NCBI GenBank assembly: GCA_004431415.1
Contig: QPMI01000017.1
Location: 496,001 to 560,000, forward strand
Length of the DNA: 64,000 bases
DNA from: Cyanophora paradoxa CCMP329
Lineage: Eukaryota > Plantae > Glaucophyta
Reading direction: 5' to 3'
Below, piece by piece: positions 34,701-45,813 of the stretch. The notes beneath the pieces were generated by a model, which did not search any database, was not told the origin of the DNA, and worked only from the letters and a program-made list of their open reading frames with translations. The first letter of the stretch is position 1, and every line of letters starts with the position of its first letter. The translations under genes and the position numbers were made by a program.

Positions 34701-37700
34701 CGTGAACAGCACTGCCCCCTCTGGGCCATGAACCGCAGTGCAGGTTTCATCCGCGTGGACGGCGAGCGCCGCTCCTCTCGTCCCTGCATGGCCGGGGGCG
34801 CCGCTGCGGGCCTGCCGCCGCACATTGTTTTGGAACAATGTAGCCATCGTCGACCTTCGCTCGTCCGTGCTCGCCGTTCCGATCAGCGGGGAGGGATTCG
34901 ATGCAAAGAACATGGTGCAAGTGCCCCAGATGACGAAAGCGCCAGCAGTGGATGCCACAATTCCAGATCAGTATTGTTCTAGTGGCGTCGTCGACGAGGC
35001 ATATCCGGATGGCTTTGTGCCTTTGGATCCTCCTTACCCACAATACTGCGTCCGCTACCGGCAAGCGCAGAACCGATTGATTAAGAACACGAGGAATGGT
35101 GTCGGCCAGCCGGATTGCTCGGTATACGTCACAGCGGCAACTCCTTCTATGCTGTGGATTGTCGATGCGACAGGGGCGCGCGGCTTTTCGTCGTTCACGT
35201 CCCTACAACGGTTTAATTGGAACGCGACCAGTAAACCTCTTTCGACCAGCAAGCCCGACGTTCTGATTCCGTTCAGCCGATACGCTCCCCGGGCCTCTGA
35301 AAGCGGTCGATTCGTCGCCGTCTGGATCAGCCTGACCTTGCTTGAGGTTTCTGCCTTTTAATTGAATCTAACGTAGGAGTTCTAGATCTTACTAGAGGTT
35401 CCGCTCTGACTCCGACCGTAGATCTACGACCTCGAGAACGGCGCGGGCGCCAAAGAGCTCGCGCGGCAGGTGCCCATTGAAGAGCAGTACGTCAATCAGA
35501 TTGCTTTGTTGCCTGCGTACGTAATGGTATCCAATGACGGGTAAGCATATGCATCTAAGAGAGGCTTTTCAGCGACGCTTTCGAATTCCGATCTCGCTCC
35601 GCGCATGCAGTCGCCACATTGCTCTCCGCTACCTGGACCAAAACGGGCACATGGCGCTGCGTGTCGTCGACCTCTCCAGGAGCGCGCTCGTTCAATCCAC
35701 GTGCTCCGTGATCAGCCGCGGCTTTGACAGAGACGAGCTGACGGCCGTCTACGGGGAGAGCTACAACCGCACCTCCAGACTGGAATCCGGAACTTGCCCG
35801 GCGTCATCGGGGGCTTTGCGCAAGCGGAAGCGCTCATCTTCGAGCGTCGCAGTCGTCCTCAAACCGTCGGCGCCGACCGTGCAAGTTCTATCTAATGGTC
35901 CGAGCAATCTCACCGTACGCGTCTACAACACCCGAAGCGGAGACGCGGTCCCCGCGACTGCTGCGGTCTCCTGCAGCCCGCCCGGAACCCAAGGGCCGGC
36001 CCTCGTCGGCGCCGGCGAGCTTCAGTACTCGATACATCCGCGGCTGGACGTGGATGCTTCCACCTGGAGTGTATACGACTTCTATTTCGAGGACAGCCAG
36101 CCGTCCTATGTGCTGGCCGAAGTTCGCCTCACCGGAGCCGCGGCCGACACGGAGTACACGTGCACATCCACGGTCACAAGCTCTGCGGGGAAGTCGCTCG
36201 CCGCCACTGGGATGGGACGCACGCGGCCGCTTGGCTACATCCCCGCGCCACACAGACGAGCGGCCCAGGAAGATCCACGCGAGTACTGTAAAATGGCTGC
36301 GCAGATCGGGCCTGCGTACGACTGCCGTTCTGAATTTCCTGATACTGATCCAGGTGCCTGTTTCGAATTGCAAATTGATCGTGCTCGCGGCTGCTGAAAC
36401 TCATCCCCTGCTCTTAGCTTCGTCCCCTTCTGCCGGCCTTGCGACCCCTGTGTCTTGCTCGTCGTCACCGTGCAGCCTGACGGCCGGCATGGGCTGGTTG
36501 GTTTTCGATGACGGGAGCGGGAGCTCGGACTACGCAAAGAACGTTCGCAATGCTTGGTAGGCCAACCAAGTCTTCACGGTGGTGCTCGTTCGCGCCAGTC
36601 TTCACGAGCTTGCGCAGGTTAATTACTTCCGGAGTTCCCGGGATGACCGCAATAGAGCTTGAGTTCCAGAGCTTTGAGACCGAGAGAAACTCCGACTGGG
36701 TTACGGTGAGACCTGCTTGATTAATATTGCTAGCTGTATAACAACTCATTTATAAGCTCCAGATTTATAACGGGCCAAACGGGGAAAGCGGCATCATCGC
36801 CAAGCTGTCTGGGCATCTTTCAATTTCAACAACTACGTACAAGAGCAGCGGGGGGATGTACATCGAGTTCTCGAGCGATGGAGGGATCAACGCACCGGGC
36901 TTCGAAGCTCGATTCAGGGCTACCAGCTCCTCGAGTGCGTTCCTTTGTACATGTTGTTTGACGCTGGTCCTGCAATCGTCGATCAGCTCATATCTCGGCC
37001 TTGCGTATTTCCGTTTCAGACTCGGTCGTGACGCCCGTGCCGCTCCCTCCGCCCGTCGACGTCCCCAACCCCCTGGTTAAGAACCTATTGGCCGGAATCG
37101 ATTGGTCCGCTCTAGAGGACAGCAGTGGAAGTGGTGACTACCAATACGTCTGGGAGCGGTGGTAGGCTTCTATCTTTAATTTTAAATTTGAGCTAAACAG
37201 TGCGAGACAAAAAACTTAGCATTCTTTAGCTCATGTCTCTCGCGATCGATGTTGACGCCGAGAAACAGGTTGATCACGGCGCCCAACGGGATGGGAGTGA
37301 AGATCGAGTTCACAAACATCTCCACGCAGATCGAGTTGGATTTCGTCACAGTGCGCCGAAAATATTAATCGAATTTTCTACATGCGCATGCGCAGCCGAT
37401 GACTGACGCAAGTCAGGTCTACGATGGGGCCGCGGACGACGCGGGGATGCTGGCGCGGCTCTCCGGGAGACCGCCGGTCCCCCGCTCATACACGAGCAGC
37501 TCCAGATTCATGTTCATCACGTTCTTGCCCGGGGACTATGACAGGAGTTACAGGACGTTCTACGGTTTCGAAGGCTTCCAGGCACGTTTTATGTCTGCAA
37601 CGCCTGCAGGTGCGTATGCAAATCTTCCTTGAGGTCCTCGAAGCCGCCTTGACATGTCCTTAACGTCCTTGGCAGCCTCTCCGCAGTACGTCCTGTGCCC

Positions 37701-39057
37701 AGAGACGCGCCCGTGCCATCTGAACGCGACGAGCAACTGGACACTCTTCGACGACGGAAGCGGCTCAGAACCTTATCAGAGCATCTATTTTCCATGGTGG
37801 TGTGGCCATGGGCGTGCGGCACCGCCTGCAGCTCTTGAGAACACTGATCGAGCGCTAGGCAGCTGGAGGCACCGGCCGGCATGCAGGTCCAGATCGTCTT
37901 CACGAGCTTCGACACCTTCTTCAAGAGCTTCAACGAGAGCTTTGATTCTGTCACGGTTAGCAACACTTGGCCCTTTCCCTCCACTTTGCCTTGGCCTTGG
38001 CCCTTGGCCCTTGGCCTTGGCCATTTGTACCCCCCCCCCCCCCAACACACACACACACCCCAAATAGAGGAATAGAATACATATGCTGAGCCGCTCGCCC
38101 CCGCCCCCCCCCCCCCCCCCCCCCCCCCCCACCCCTTCATCCACCCTCGCCGATGTAGATCTAGAGCCGTTGGACCGTTGGTATACCCCCGGCCCCTCTT
38201 TCTCTTTAAAACTCATCCAGATGTCCGCGGCCCAGGTTCGCGATGGAGACTCCGGGAGCGCCCCTTTACTTGGCTGGTTCTACGGCAGAGCCCTAGTCCC
38301 GTTCAACTTCACGAGCAGCGGGAGCGTAATGCACGTGAGGTTCTTCGCCAACTCGGCGAAAAGCCATCTCCAGTTCGGTGGATTCGAGGCCCGGTTCCGG
38401 TCTGTCGAGCTCGAGCGCGTCGGTGCGCGGCTTTAAATTTCCTTTACGCGCCGTTGCCGTCGCTGGCCATGGCTATCGAAACTCCCTGATCGAGCTTTCG
38501 GCTTCAGTTCTATCCGCAAACCCGGAATGGGCGACGTTCGATGACGGCAGCGGCCCATCCGCCAACTACACTGACCTGTTCATGCAAGTGTGGTGCGGGC
38601 AGCTGCTCATCGAATTCCATCTGCGCATGCCGCAGGTTTGGAATGTTTTCGCAGGCTGATCGCGGCTCCGCCTCGAGCAAGAGTGGAACTACAGTTCACA
38701 AGCTTTGAGACGGAGGCTGGCTATGATTGGGTCAAGGTGCGCAAATTACGCGTCGCCCAAGTTGGCCGCTGCGGTCTAGATCTGCCCTGACAGCTAAACC
38801 CGGACCCTAGGTGTACGACGGGCCTAACAATTCAGCGGCCCTGCTTGGGAAGATCACGGGGACCCCGGCGGTGCCTTTCTCGTACACGACAACCTCGAGC
38901 TACGTGTATATCCAGTTCCGAAGCGACAAATTTGTGAACGCCACGGGGTTTGAGGCGCGGTACCGGTCAGTTACGTAGTCTAGTATACGTATACGTAGAG
39001 CTCGAGCCGCCTAAAATGTCTAGCCTGTTCAAGCTCTGTGATCTCCGCAGAGCCTGA
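22760..39057 (+). CDS. Very large multi-exon type II membrane protein: 4xTIR - helical linker with inserted FN3 domains - TM - predicted beta-propeller - FN3 - 4xCUB (putative TIR immune/signalling receptor)
   Basis: Exon 1 (22760-23026) splices in frame over intron 23027-23535 to exon 2. I traced in-frame splicing through four TIRs, the linker and the TM into the start of the ectodomain; two junctions, near 24955 and 27975, are ambiguous. CUB exons lie at 36490-38966; stop TGA 39055-39057 (or read-through TAG near 38978). Ectodomain exons from about 30700 to 35500 were not all phased. Confidence 0.8.
23773..24440 (+). other. TIR domain 1 (spliced)
   Basis: YRDA|AFNYCRGQAEDLAAVKALIELFGSKDMGLSK|TWFDDEPL...LR|LKRISSGLVGANAVVVVLTE|SWFLSE|QCLLELQHALWLGKAVATVVL; Glu codon 24391-24393. 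Confidence 0.8.
25043..25720 (+). other. TIR domain 2 (spliced)
   Basis: YAA|AFCYSRTSDRDTQAMRVIRSVLE...LLE|VWPAPED...ER|LQRVTAAIAGAHALIVVLTE|GWFKSQ|RCMEELEHARMLEKTILAV; Glu codon 25663-25665. Confidence 0.78.
26058..26725 (+). other. TIR domain 3 (spliced)
   Basis: FDA|AFTYCRGSPTDLRMVEELTRAMNVHGFQ|LWFDATRSEAAW...R|KTGSAVAQAFEGANVCVAVVTE|AWFLSR|QCLLELQHARWLAMGKEDAIVAVVV; Glu codon 26660-26662. Confidence 0.8.
27222..27910 (+). other. TIR domain 4 (spliced; canonical TIR_2-like)
   Basis: YDVMIS|YRRMQKE|EMEVLRKLLQEKNSTVWCDVMQGAIPAGAKW|GQTIAA|AIKGADYFLALLTP|EYFE|SVNCLDEFEYAVSHQKRIVPV. Box-1 YDVxISY and SxxCxxE are both present; Glu codon 27856-27858. Confidence 0.9.
29585..29787 (+). other. Single transmembrane helix preceded by a basic cluster (type II signal-anchor)
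   Basis: KRKRR-IVLITMIIAA|ALISAAIVSAVFA|V across three exons. No N-terminal signal peptide in exon 1. Confidence 0.85.
36493..38966 (+). other. Four tandem CUB domains (about 36493-36925, 37103-37600, 37738-38406, 38527-38966)
   Basis: Each approximates W..FDDGSG...Y.....W|(L)I.AP....V.(I/L).F.SF.TE...D.V.|(V/I)YDG.......(L/I).G.........SS...M.I.F.SD......GF.ARF. Introns fall at equivalent positions. Confidence 0.88.
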
Positions 39058-40183
39058 GAGTCGACTCTGCAAGACCGAAGAGCCCTATAGCTATATCTGC
39101 ATCTATATATAGCTAGAATGTTTCGCAGAGCATCTAGATCTATATCCCCGTAGAAGGCTGACTGCAGCTGGGCCTCGTATACATATATAGACTTGCAAAT
39201 AGCATGCAGCTTCGATACCAATTATGGATCTTTGCGAGCAATTGGATCATTAAATATTGGATCACCGCGCGCTCTAGACCCGTTGTCCGACGGTCAGGAC
39301 AAGGGCCAGAGGGTGGCCCCCGCGGCCGCCCAGTACCTGGACGAGGATCAAGACTTGGCCCAGTGGCCAGCGGAAAAGGCCTAGGAAAGTTTAGCTCCAA
39401 CGTTAACTGAAGTTCAAGGCGTGCACGTGCACGTGCGGATCATGTCGAGGTCGAAGGCACAGCTAGTACAGGAAATTAAAGTCTTCATTGTGATCTTCCA
39501 GTATGTTTCTTGGCTGTCTTTCGCCTTGTTCTCTCTTTCTTCTGTATCGAACTCGCTCTACACCTGCGCCGCGGCGGACGCTGGAGGGGCGTACAGGGGC
39601 TGGGGTTCCGAAAACCCACTGGGCCAGCGCCTGCCCCTCATTGAGCCGTCCTTCTAAAAGAATGTTATGGGTAGCAAAGCAGATTTACTGAGGTTAACGA
39701 GCCGACTTTTTCGAGCCCCGATTTGCAGCCAAAACTTCAGATTCCGAATTTGATTCACGTACTACGGTAGTCAACTTGTACTGGTGTACCCATACGCGTT
39801 TTCGCAAACAAGCGCGGCGCCGGCGCCCGAGCCGCCTCATTTCGCGTTTTCCCGCCCACTCTGTCCCTTGAGGCGCCCAGAGGCCAGCACCCTCGTAGCT
39901 GTCGGTCTAGTCGTAGACCTATAGCTAGCCTCGTTTGCAGCCCCCTGATCGCTATATATATATTCAGGCATCCAATTGTAGTCAACTAGAGTGTACGCCA
40001 CTGTGCGGCGCCGGCCGGCAGTATATTCGAAAATCAGATATCTCCAGCATACGATCCTGATCCAGATCTCTGATCATGAGTCTCATCCACGCGAGAAATA
40101 AGTCAAGTGATTTAACTACGTATACCTGTGAAGCACCCTAATGAAACCGCTATCTCTTGACTCGCGCAAATCGAAGCGCCGCC

Positions 40184-42405
40184 CTACTGAACGTCGATGG
40201 ACCCCGTGTCGAAGACGGCGTACCCCTCGAGGCCCATGCCGAGGCGGTCCGTGTCGGCCGCGCGCGTACCCCTGTCCACCTGCACCGTACCCAGGTTCCC
40301 CGCCGCGACGGCCGCCCCGCCGCAGCCCTCGATCTCGTTCCGCGCGAGGGACGCCGCCCCTCCCGTGTGCACGTACACCCCTGCGGCCTCTCGGCGGGGG
40401 GTACGCAGCGAACGCGGGGGGTACCGCACCGTGGTGGCCCGAGTCCGAGATGCGGTTCTCCTCGAGGATCGCGAGGCCGTCCATGATCACCTGTACCCCA
40501 CTGCGGGGAGGGGTACGTCATGCGCGCGCTGGAGGGGAAAGGGGTACGCGGCGCACTGGAAGTCGTTCCCCTCGATGAAGTTCGCCTCGAGCACGGGGCG
40601 GCCCGCCGAGTGGACGAGTACCCCGGAGCGCGCGTTCCCCCTTATCTTGTTCCCCCTGCCACGCCGTCGGGTCCGGGGGGGGGGGCGGAGAGGGGTACGA
40701 AAATCACCGGAGGAAGGGCTCGGCGCCGCTGCGGACCAGGAAGCCGTTGCCGCGGTTCGAGTGCACGTTGTTCCCTGCGGAGTTCATCAACGAGAGGCCG
40801 GGGTGGCTGGAGGCGGGACGCACCCGCGAAGACGCCGCGCGCGTGGTCTGAGGGGAGAGGGCCTGAGAATTGGGGGGGGGGGGATCGAGGGGGGTACGCA
40901 CCGCTGACGAGGACGGCGTGCTCGAGGTCGCGGCACTCGAGGACCTCGTTCTCCGCGCAGAGGGGTACCGCCAGCATCGCCACGCACACTGCCGGCGGCG
41001 CTCGACCCGTCGAGGCGCGGCGGAAGAGCGGGGGCGCGGGGAGGGCACCGCCGGTGGCGCAGGCCTGGATGCGGTTCCTGCAGAATCGGCCACGGGCGCC
41101 CTCGCGGACCATCAGCCCGAACTCGCACGCCGAGATCTCGTTCTCCACCACCTGCGGGAGGAGGTCGGGCGGAGGGAGGGGGGGAGGGGGGAGGGGGGGA
41201 GGGCGGGCCTCGGGGTCGGCGTCCCCGGAGACGAGTACCCCCGTCGCGTCCTGCCCGTCCCCCCCAAAGCCCTCCACCCTCTGAGAAGGGAGAAGGTCGG
41301 TGTACGGAGATGATCTTGGGGGTACAGGGGAGGCGCGCGCGTTCTCGGAGACGCGGCCGACTGCATCGTCGGTGACGAAGATGGCGGTGCGGCAGCGGCG
41401 GAAGATGTTCTCCGATACGGAGGGCGCCGCCCCGCCCGCCAGCCAGCACCCGAAGCTGCCGGCCGGCTCTCCTTAGGCCTCCCTCCCGCCCCTCCTTAGG
41501 CTTCCATCGCACCGGCACTCGAGGAGGACGTTGGAGGAGAAGGCGCCGCCGGCCTCCGCGTAGTAGCAGGCCACCTCCAGGTCCCGGAACACTGCCAACG
41601 GCGGGCCGCGTCAACAAAGGGCGACCGTTAATCAAATGTTCGAACGCGGCGGACCGTTGCCCTCGATGGTCGCGTCGGCGCCGACGACCTCCACCCCCGA
41701 CTTGAGGAAGCCGAAGAACTCTGCACCGCGCGTTAGATTGGGCGCGGCGCGGCGGGGGCGCGGCGCGGGCGCACCGCAGTCCCGCACGGTGGCGCCGGGG
41801 GCGCGGACCTCGACGCCGGCGGCCACGCCGCCGTGCACGACGCAGCCGCGCAGCGTCGCGCCGGGCGCGCGGACGGCGACGCCCACGCACGCGGCGGCGA
41901 CGTCGCAGTCGAGCAGCTCCGCCGCCTCGGCGCCCGCGGCGAGCTCCACCGCGGCGCCCGGCAGCTGCGAGTCGTGCCCGATGGAGAGGCCCCGCACGAC
42001 GCACGGCGCCTCGGCCCGCAGCACGTGCGGCCCGTCGAAGGCGAGCAACACGGGCTTGGGCCCGCCCCCCGTCGCCCCGCGCAGGACGAGGCCCGGCTGC
42101 CCGCGCGGCCGGCCGCGGGGTGGGCGTCGCGGGCGGACGGCGCAGGGGAGATCGCGCACCACATTCAGCCGCACGGGGCCGGCGTACTCGCCCGGGTGCA
42201 CCTCAATCACCGCGTCCACGGCCGCCGCGTCCACAGCCTGAGTGTGCATGCCGCGCGGCGGTCAGCCACGGGAGCTACAAGCGGAGCGAGAGCGGCACGA
42301 ATCCACCTCCTGCAGGCTGTGGAACACAGGCCCCGCCGCGTCGTCCGCCTGCAGCTCGACGTCCGGCGGGCAGACGCGCAGAACCTTGCACTTCGGCTTC
42401 TCCAT
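40184..42405 (-). CDS. Right-handed parallel beta-helix repeat protein (FBXO11/NosD-like repeats, no F-box seen)
   Basis: MEKPKCKVLRV...SLQ|AVDAAAVDAVIEVHPGEY, then repeats such as VVENEISACEFGLMVREGARGRFCRNRI, NNVHSNRGNGFLV and RNEIEGCGGAAVAA; ends IDVQ* at 40184. Confidence 0.8.
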
Positions 42406-42892
42406 CGCGCCCGCCTCCCGGTGCCCTCGAGCTCGCGCGTGAGCGCTTCCGCTCCCGGCTGTGTGCTCCCGTCAGCGCGCGCGCAGCAGCAGGCTGCGCT
42501 CCGCCCACCTCTGAGCTAGTCACCTTCTTGCGGTCGCGGTGCTGCAGGCGTCAGACGTGGGAAGCGCTTCTGCAGCGCTGCAGTTTCTGGGAGCGGCGCT
42601 GGGCCAGATGGGCCGGGCTGATGGGGTACTGCGCATGCATGCGTAGTCGATAGCCCTCAACTTGCACCTGCATGAGAGCTCGGAGCGGTCTCATCTAACG
42701 AGAGAGCGTTAGCTCGTATCGCTCGGTGCACCGGCGCCGACTCGCCCTTACGCGCTCGAGGGGACCGCCGATACCAGTCGTCGCCAGGCATCCAGGACTC
42801 ACGCAGCGGACGTACGCGAGGCGGCTGCGGCGACGGCCCCGTGCCAGCGCCCCGCCAGCGGCGCGTATGCATGGCCAGCGCTCCCTGGCACG

Positions 42893-44350
42893 ATGAAGCC
42901 CGTATTCGCGCCCCTCCGCATACCGCTAGAGCGGCGCCTGCAGACTGCAGCGGTGGCCATCACGGAGAGCCTCGGCTTGGCATGCCTCTTCTCCTTCATT
43001 CTCGTCGCGGTTTTCTTCCCGCTCTTCTTTGCCGTCGTTCTCCTACCGTACCTCATCTGGTGCGCTTCGGCTCGGCGGGTCTATCGCCGCGCAGTGCTCA
43101 GGCCTTCTCATGCGCTGCGCAGGGCGCTGCGTGACCCGGCGCCGTGCAAGGGAGGCAGGACCCGGCCGGTGCGACCCGCGCGCCGCAACGCGCGACGTCG
43201 ACCGCGGCCCGCGGCCGCTGCCGCTGACCCCCGCCCCAGGGCGTCCGCCGCTCGGGCTTCTGGCGCCTGGTTCGGGACTTCTTCCCGATCAGCCTCGTCC
43301 GCTCCGCCCCGCCGGAGGCCTTCCCGAAGGACCGCTCCTACATCTTCGCCCTCCACCCGCACGTGAGCCGCGCGCCCCGCCCGGGCGCCCCGTACCCCCG
43401 TCCGAGCTTCTCCCCCAGGGCATCCTCTCGGTGGGCGCCTTCATCAATTTCTCGACGGAGGCGACGGGCTTCGGGGCCCTGTTCGGGGGCCTCGAGCCGC
43501 ACCTCGCCACCGTGCGCGCCAACTTCTGCGTACCCCTCTACCGGGAGCTCCTGCTGGCCCTGGGGCTCGTGGACGCCCGCAAGGAGTCCCTGCACGCCCT
43601 CCTGCGCCGCCCGGGTACAGCCGTCGGCCTCGTCGTGGGGGGCGCCGCCGAGGCCCTCGACTCGAACCCCGGTACCCCTCCCCCTGCCCCCGGCTTCTAC
43701 CCCCTCCCGAACTCTCCGCAGGGCAGTATCACCTGACGCTGAACCGCCGCAAGGGCTTCGTGCGCCTCGCCCTCGAGACGGGGTACGCTTCCTTCCTCCC
43801 GGCGCGGTACCCCACCCACTCACTCCGCCCCAGGGCGGCCCTCGTACCCGTCATCTCCTTCGGCGAGGTCGACATCTGGTCCCAGGCGCGCCCTGTACCC
43901 CCCGCCGCGCCCCCCCTTCAAGGCTTAGAGCTCCGCGCCCGCTCTGACTTCTGAGGCGCGGGCAGCTGCCGAACCCGCGGGGCTCCCTCCTGCGGCGCTT
44001 CCAGGAGGCCTGCATGCGGGCCCTGGGCTTCTCGGTGCCCTTCTTCTGGGGCCGCGGCGTCTTCCAGTACGCCTTCGGCCTCCTGCCCCGCCGCCGGCCC
44101 ATCACCACGGGTGCGCCCGACGCTGTCAAGCCGACCGCGCCCCCCGCTTCGAGCTGAGCGTCTGGATCTGCATGCAGTCGTGGGGCCCCCCGTGGAGCTC
44201 CCCCCGAGGCCGGGGGCGGGCGCGGGCCCCGAGGAGGCGGAGGCGTGGGTGGAGGCGGCCCACGGGCGCTACGCGGCAGCCCTGCGGGCCCTCTTCGAGG
44301 GGCACGCGGCGGCCCTCGCCCCCGGCGCCGACTTCCGCGTCGTCGCGTGA
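42893..44350 (+). CDS. DGAT2: Diacylglycerol/monoacylglycerol acyltransferase, DGAT2 family
   Basis: [14 protein letters not shown], hydrophobic TM segment, [12 protein letters not shown]|[27 protein letters not shown]|[22 protein letters not shown]|VVGPP. The start codon could lie further upstream. Confidence 0.92.
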
Positions 44351-44473
44351 GCCGCGAGCCGCGCGCGCCTTCGCCGTGAGAAGAGTTTTCGAATTGAAAG
44401 CCTGTCTAGCTAGGGTGTTCGGACGGGACCCCGCCGGGATGGGAGCGCGGCTCGTGGACTGGAGTGGGATCGA

Positions 44474-45662
44474 TTAGATCTTGTTGAAGGCGGCGATGTC
44501 GAAGGACTGGACGTAGTCCTCGAAGGCGACGATCTGCTCCTCGAGCTCGTCGGTCGAGACCTTGTCGTCCTCGATGACCGCGTTGATCTGCAGCTTCTTC
44601 ACGCCGAACGCGACCGGCACCAGCTTGCTCTGGCCCCACACGAGCCCGTCCATCTGGATGGTCCGCACGCATTCCTCCAGCTTCTTCATGTCTGCGGCGC
44701 GCCGGCGAGCGTGGGCGGCGGGCGGAGCGGAGCGGCGAGGCCGCGTAGCGGCGCGGGGGCGGCCGGGCGGACCAGTGGTGTCGTCCCACGGCTTGACGTC
44801 GATGAGGAGGGAGGACTTGGCGATGACCGCCTTCTTCACCTTCTTGTTCGCGTCCGCGATCGCCTTCAGCCGCGCCTCGCGCGCCGCCTCCTCCTCGGGG
44901 GTCTCGTCCGCTGCGCCCCGGCGGTCACGACGCGCGCGCCGCCGACCGCGCGGGGCGCCGCACCGAAGAGGTCGACGTCATCGTCGTCAGCGGCGGCCGG
45001 GGCCGGGGCGGGCTTGGCGGCCGGGGCGGGGGCGGCGGCCTTCGCGGGGGCGGCGGCCTTCGCGGGGGCAGCGGCAGCGCCGCCGATCCTGCGTGCCACA
45101 AAGAATGAGCGCGCTGGAAAGAGGAAAGCCAGCGCTTTGACGCGATCGGCAGAGGAGTGTGCCACGCACTTGGCGAGCTGGGCCGGGCGGAAGGAGGAAA
45201 TGTGCTGGTACCTGCGGGGCGGGGGAGGCAAGCCGCGTCAGTTCCCATCCGAGTAAAGTTCCGCTTGAACGAGGACGAGCGGACCAGCGAGCGGCGTGCG
45301 GGTACTTCGTGGCGCACGGCGCCTCCTTCACGGCCTTGTGGCACGCGACATCGGCGGCCGACACCTGGAAGCCCTGATGTAGCGAACGAGCTTCGAGATT
45401 AGCGCGTGTCTGCGAGCGTTGCGAGCGCCGCTGTGCACCTCCACGTAGGAGCGGGTCTTCAGATGGTCATTGAGCTGCGCGAGCGCATAACTCAAGTCAT
45501 TCGATGGCCATATGGGAATGCTTAGAGGTTGAAGCTGGTGCTGGACTCGCGTGGCGGGCCGCGGAATCTCGCCCGCGCGATCGACCGCCACGCGCCGCGC
45601 CCCCGCCGGCCAGTCGGTCGGGAACAGCTCACCTTGGCGACATCAGAGAAAGTGTAGACCAT
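44474..45662 (-). CDS. EEF1B: Translation elongation factor 1-beta (eEF1B guanine-nucleotide exchange subunit)
   Basis: [12 protein letters not shown]|[15 protein letters not shown]|[57 protein letters not shown]. Confidence 0.97.
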
Positions 45663-45813
45663 CTTGCCGGATTGAGAAGCGAGCGGATGCGAACGGGGGG
45701 GGGCGAACTGGGGGTACGCTGATTCAAAGTCATTCAAGCTCCGCGCTCTCAGCCACGCGCGTTCGACGCATGCCGCGCACGAATTCGAAGCGCTCGTGTT
45801 CAATTGCGTTGAA

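Noticed and set aside
39421-39691. Small hydrophobic ORF downstream of the receptor, as a possible second TM exon
   Set aside because: The receptor frame stops by 39057 and I found no convincing splice link; unsupported as a gene.
20700-40140. Lower-GC block as an endogenous virus, transposon or bacterial contaminant
   Set aside because: It is filled by a gene with host-style spliceosomal introns. I saw no transposase, integrase, RT, capsid or terminal repeats.
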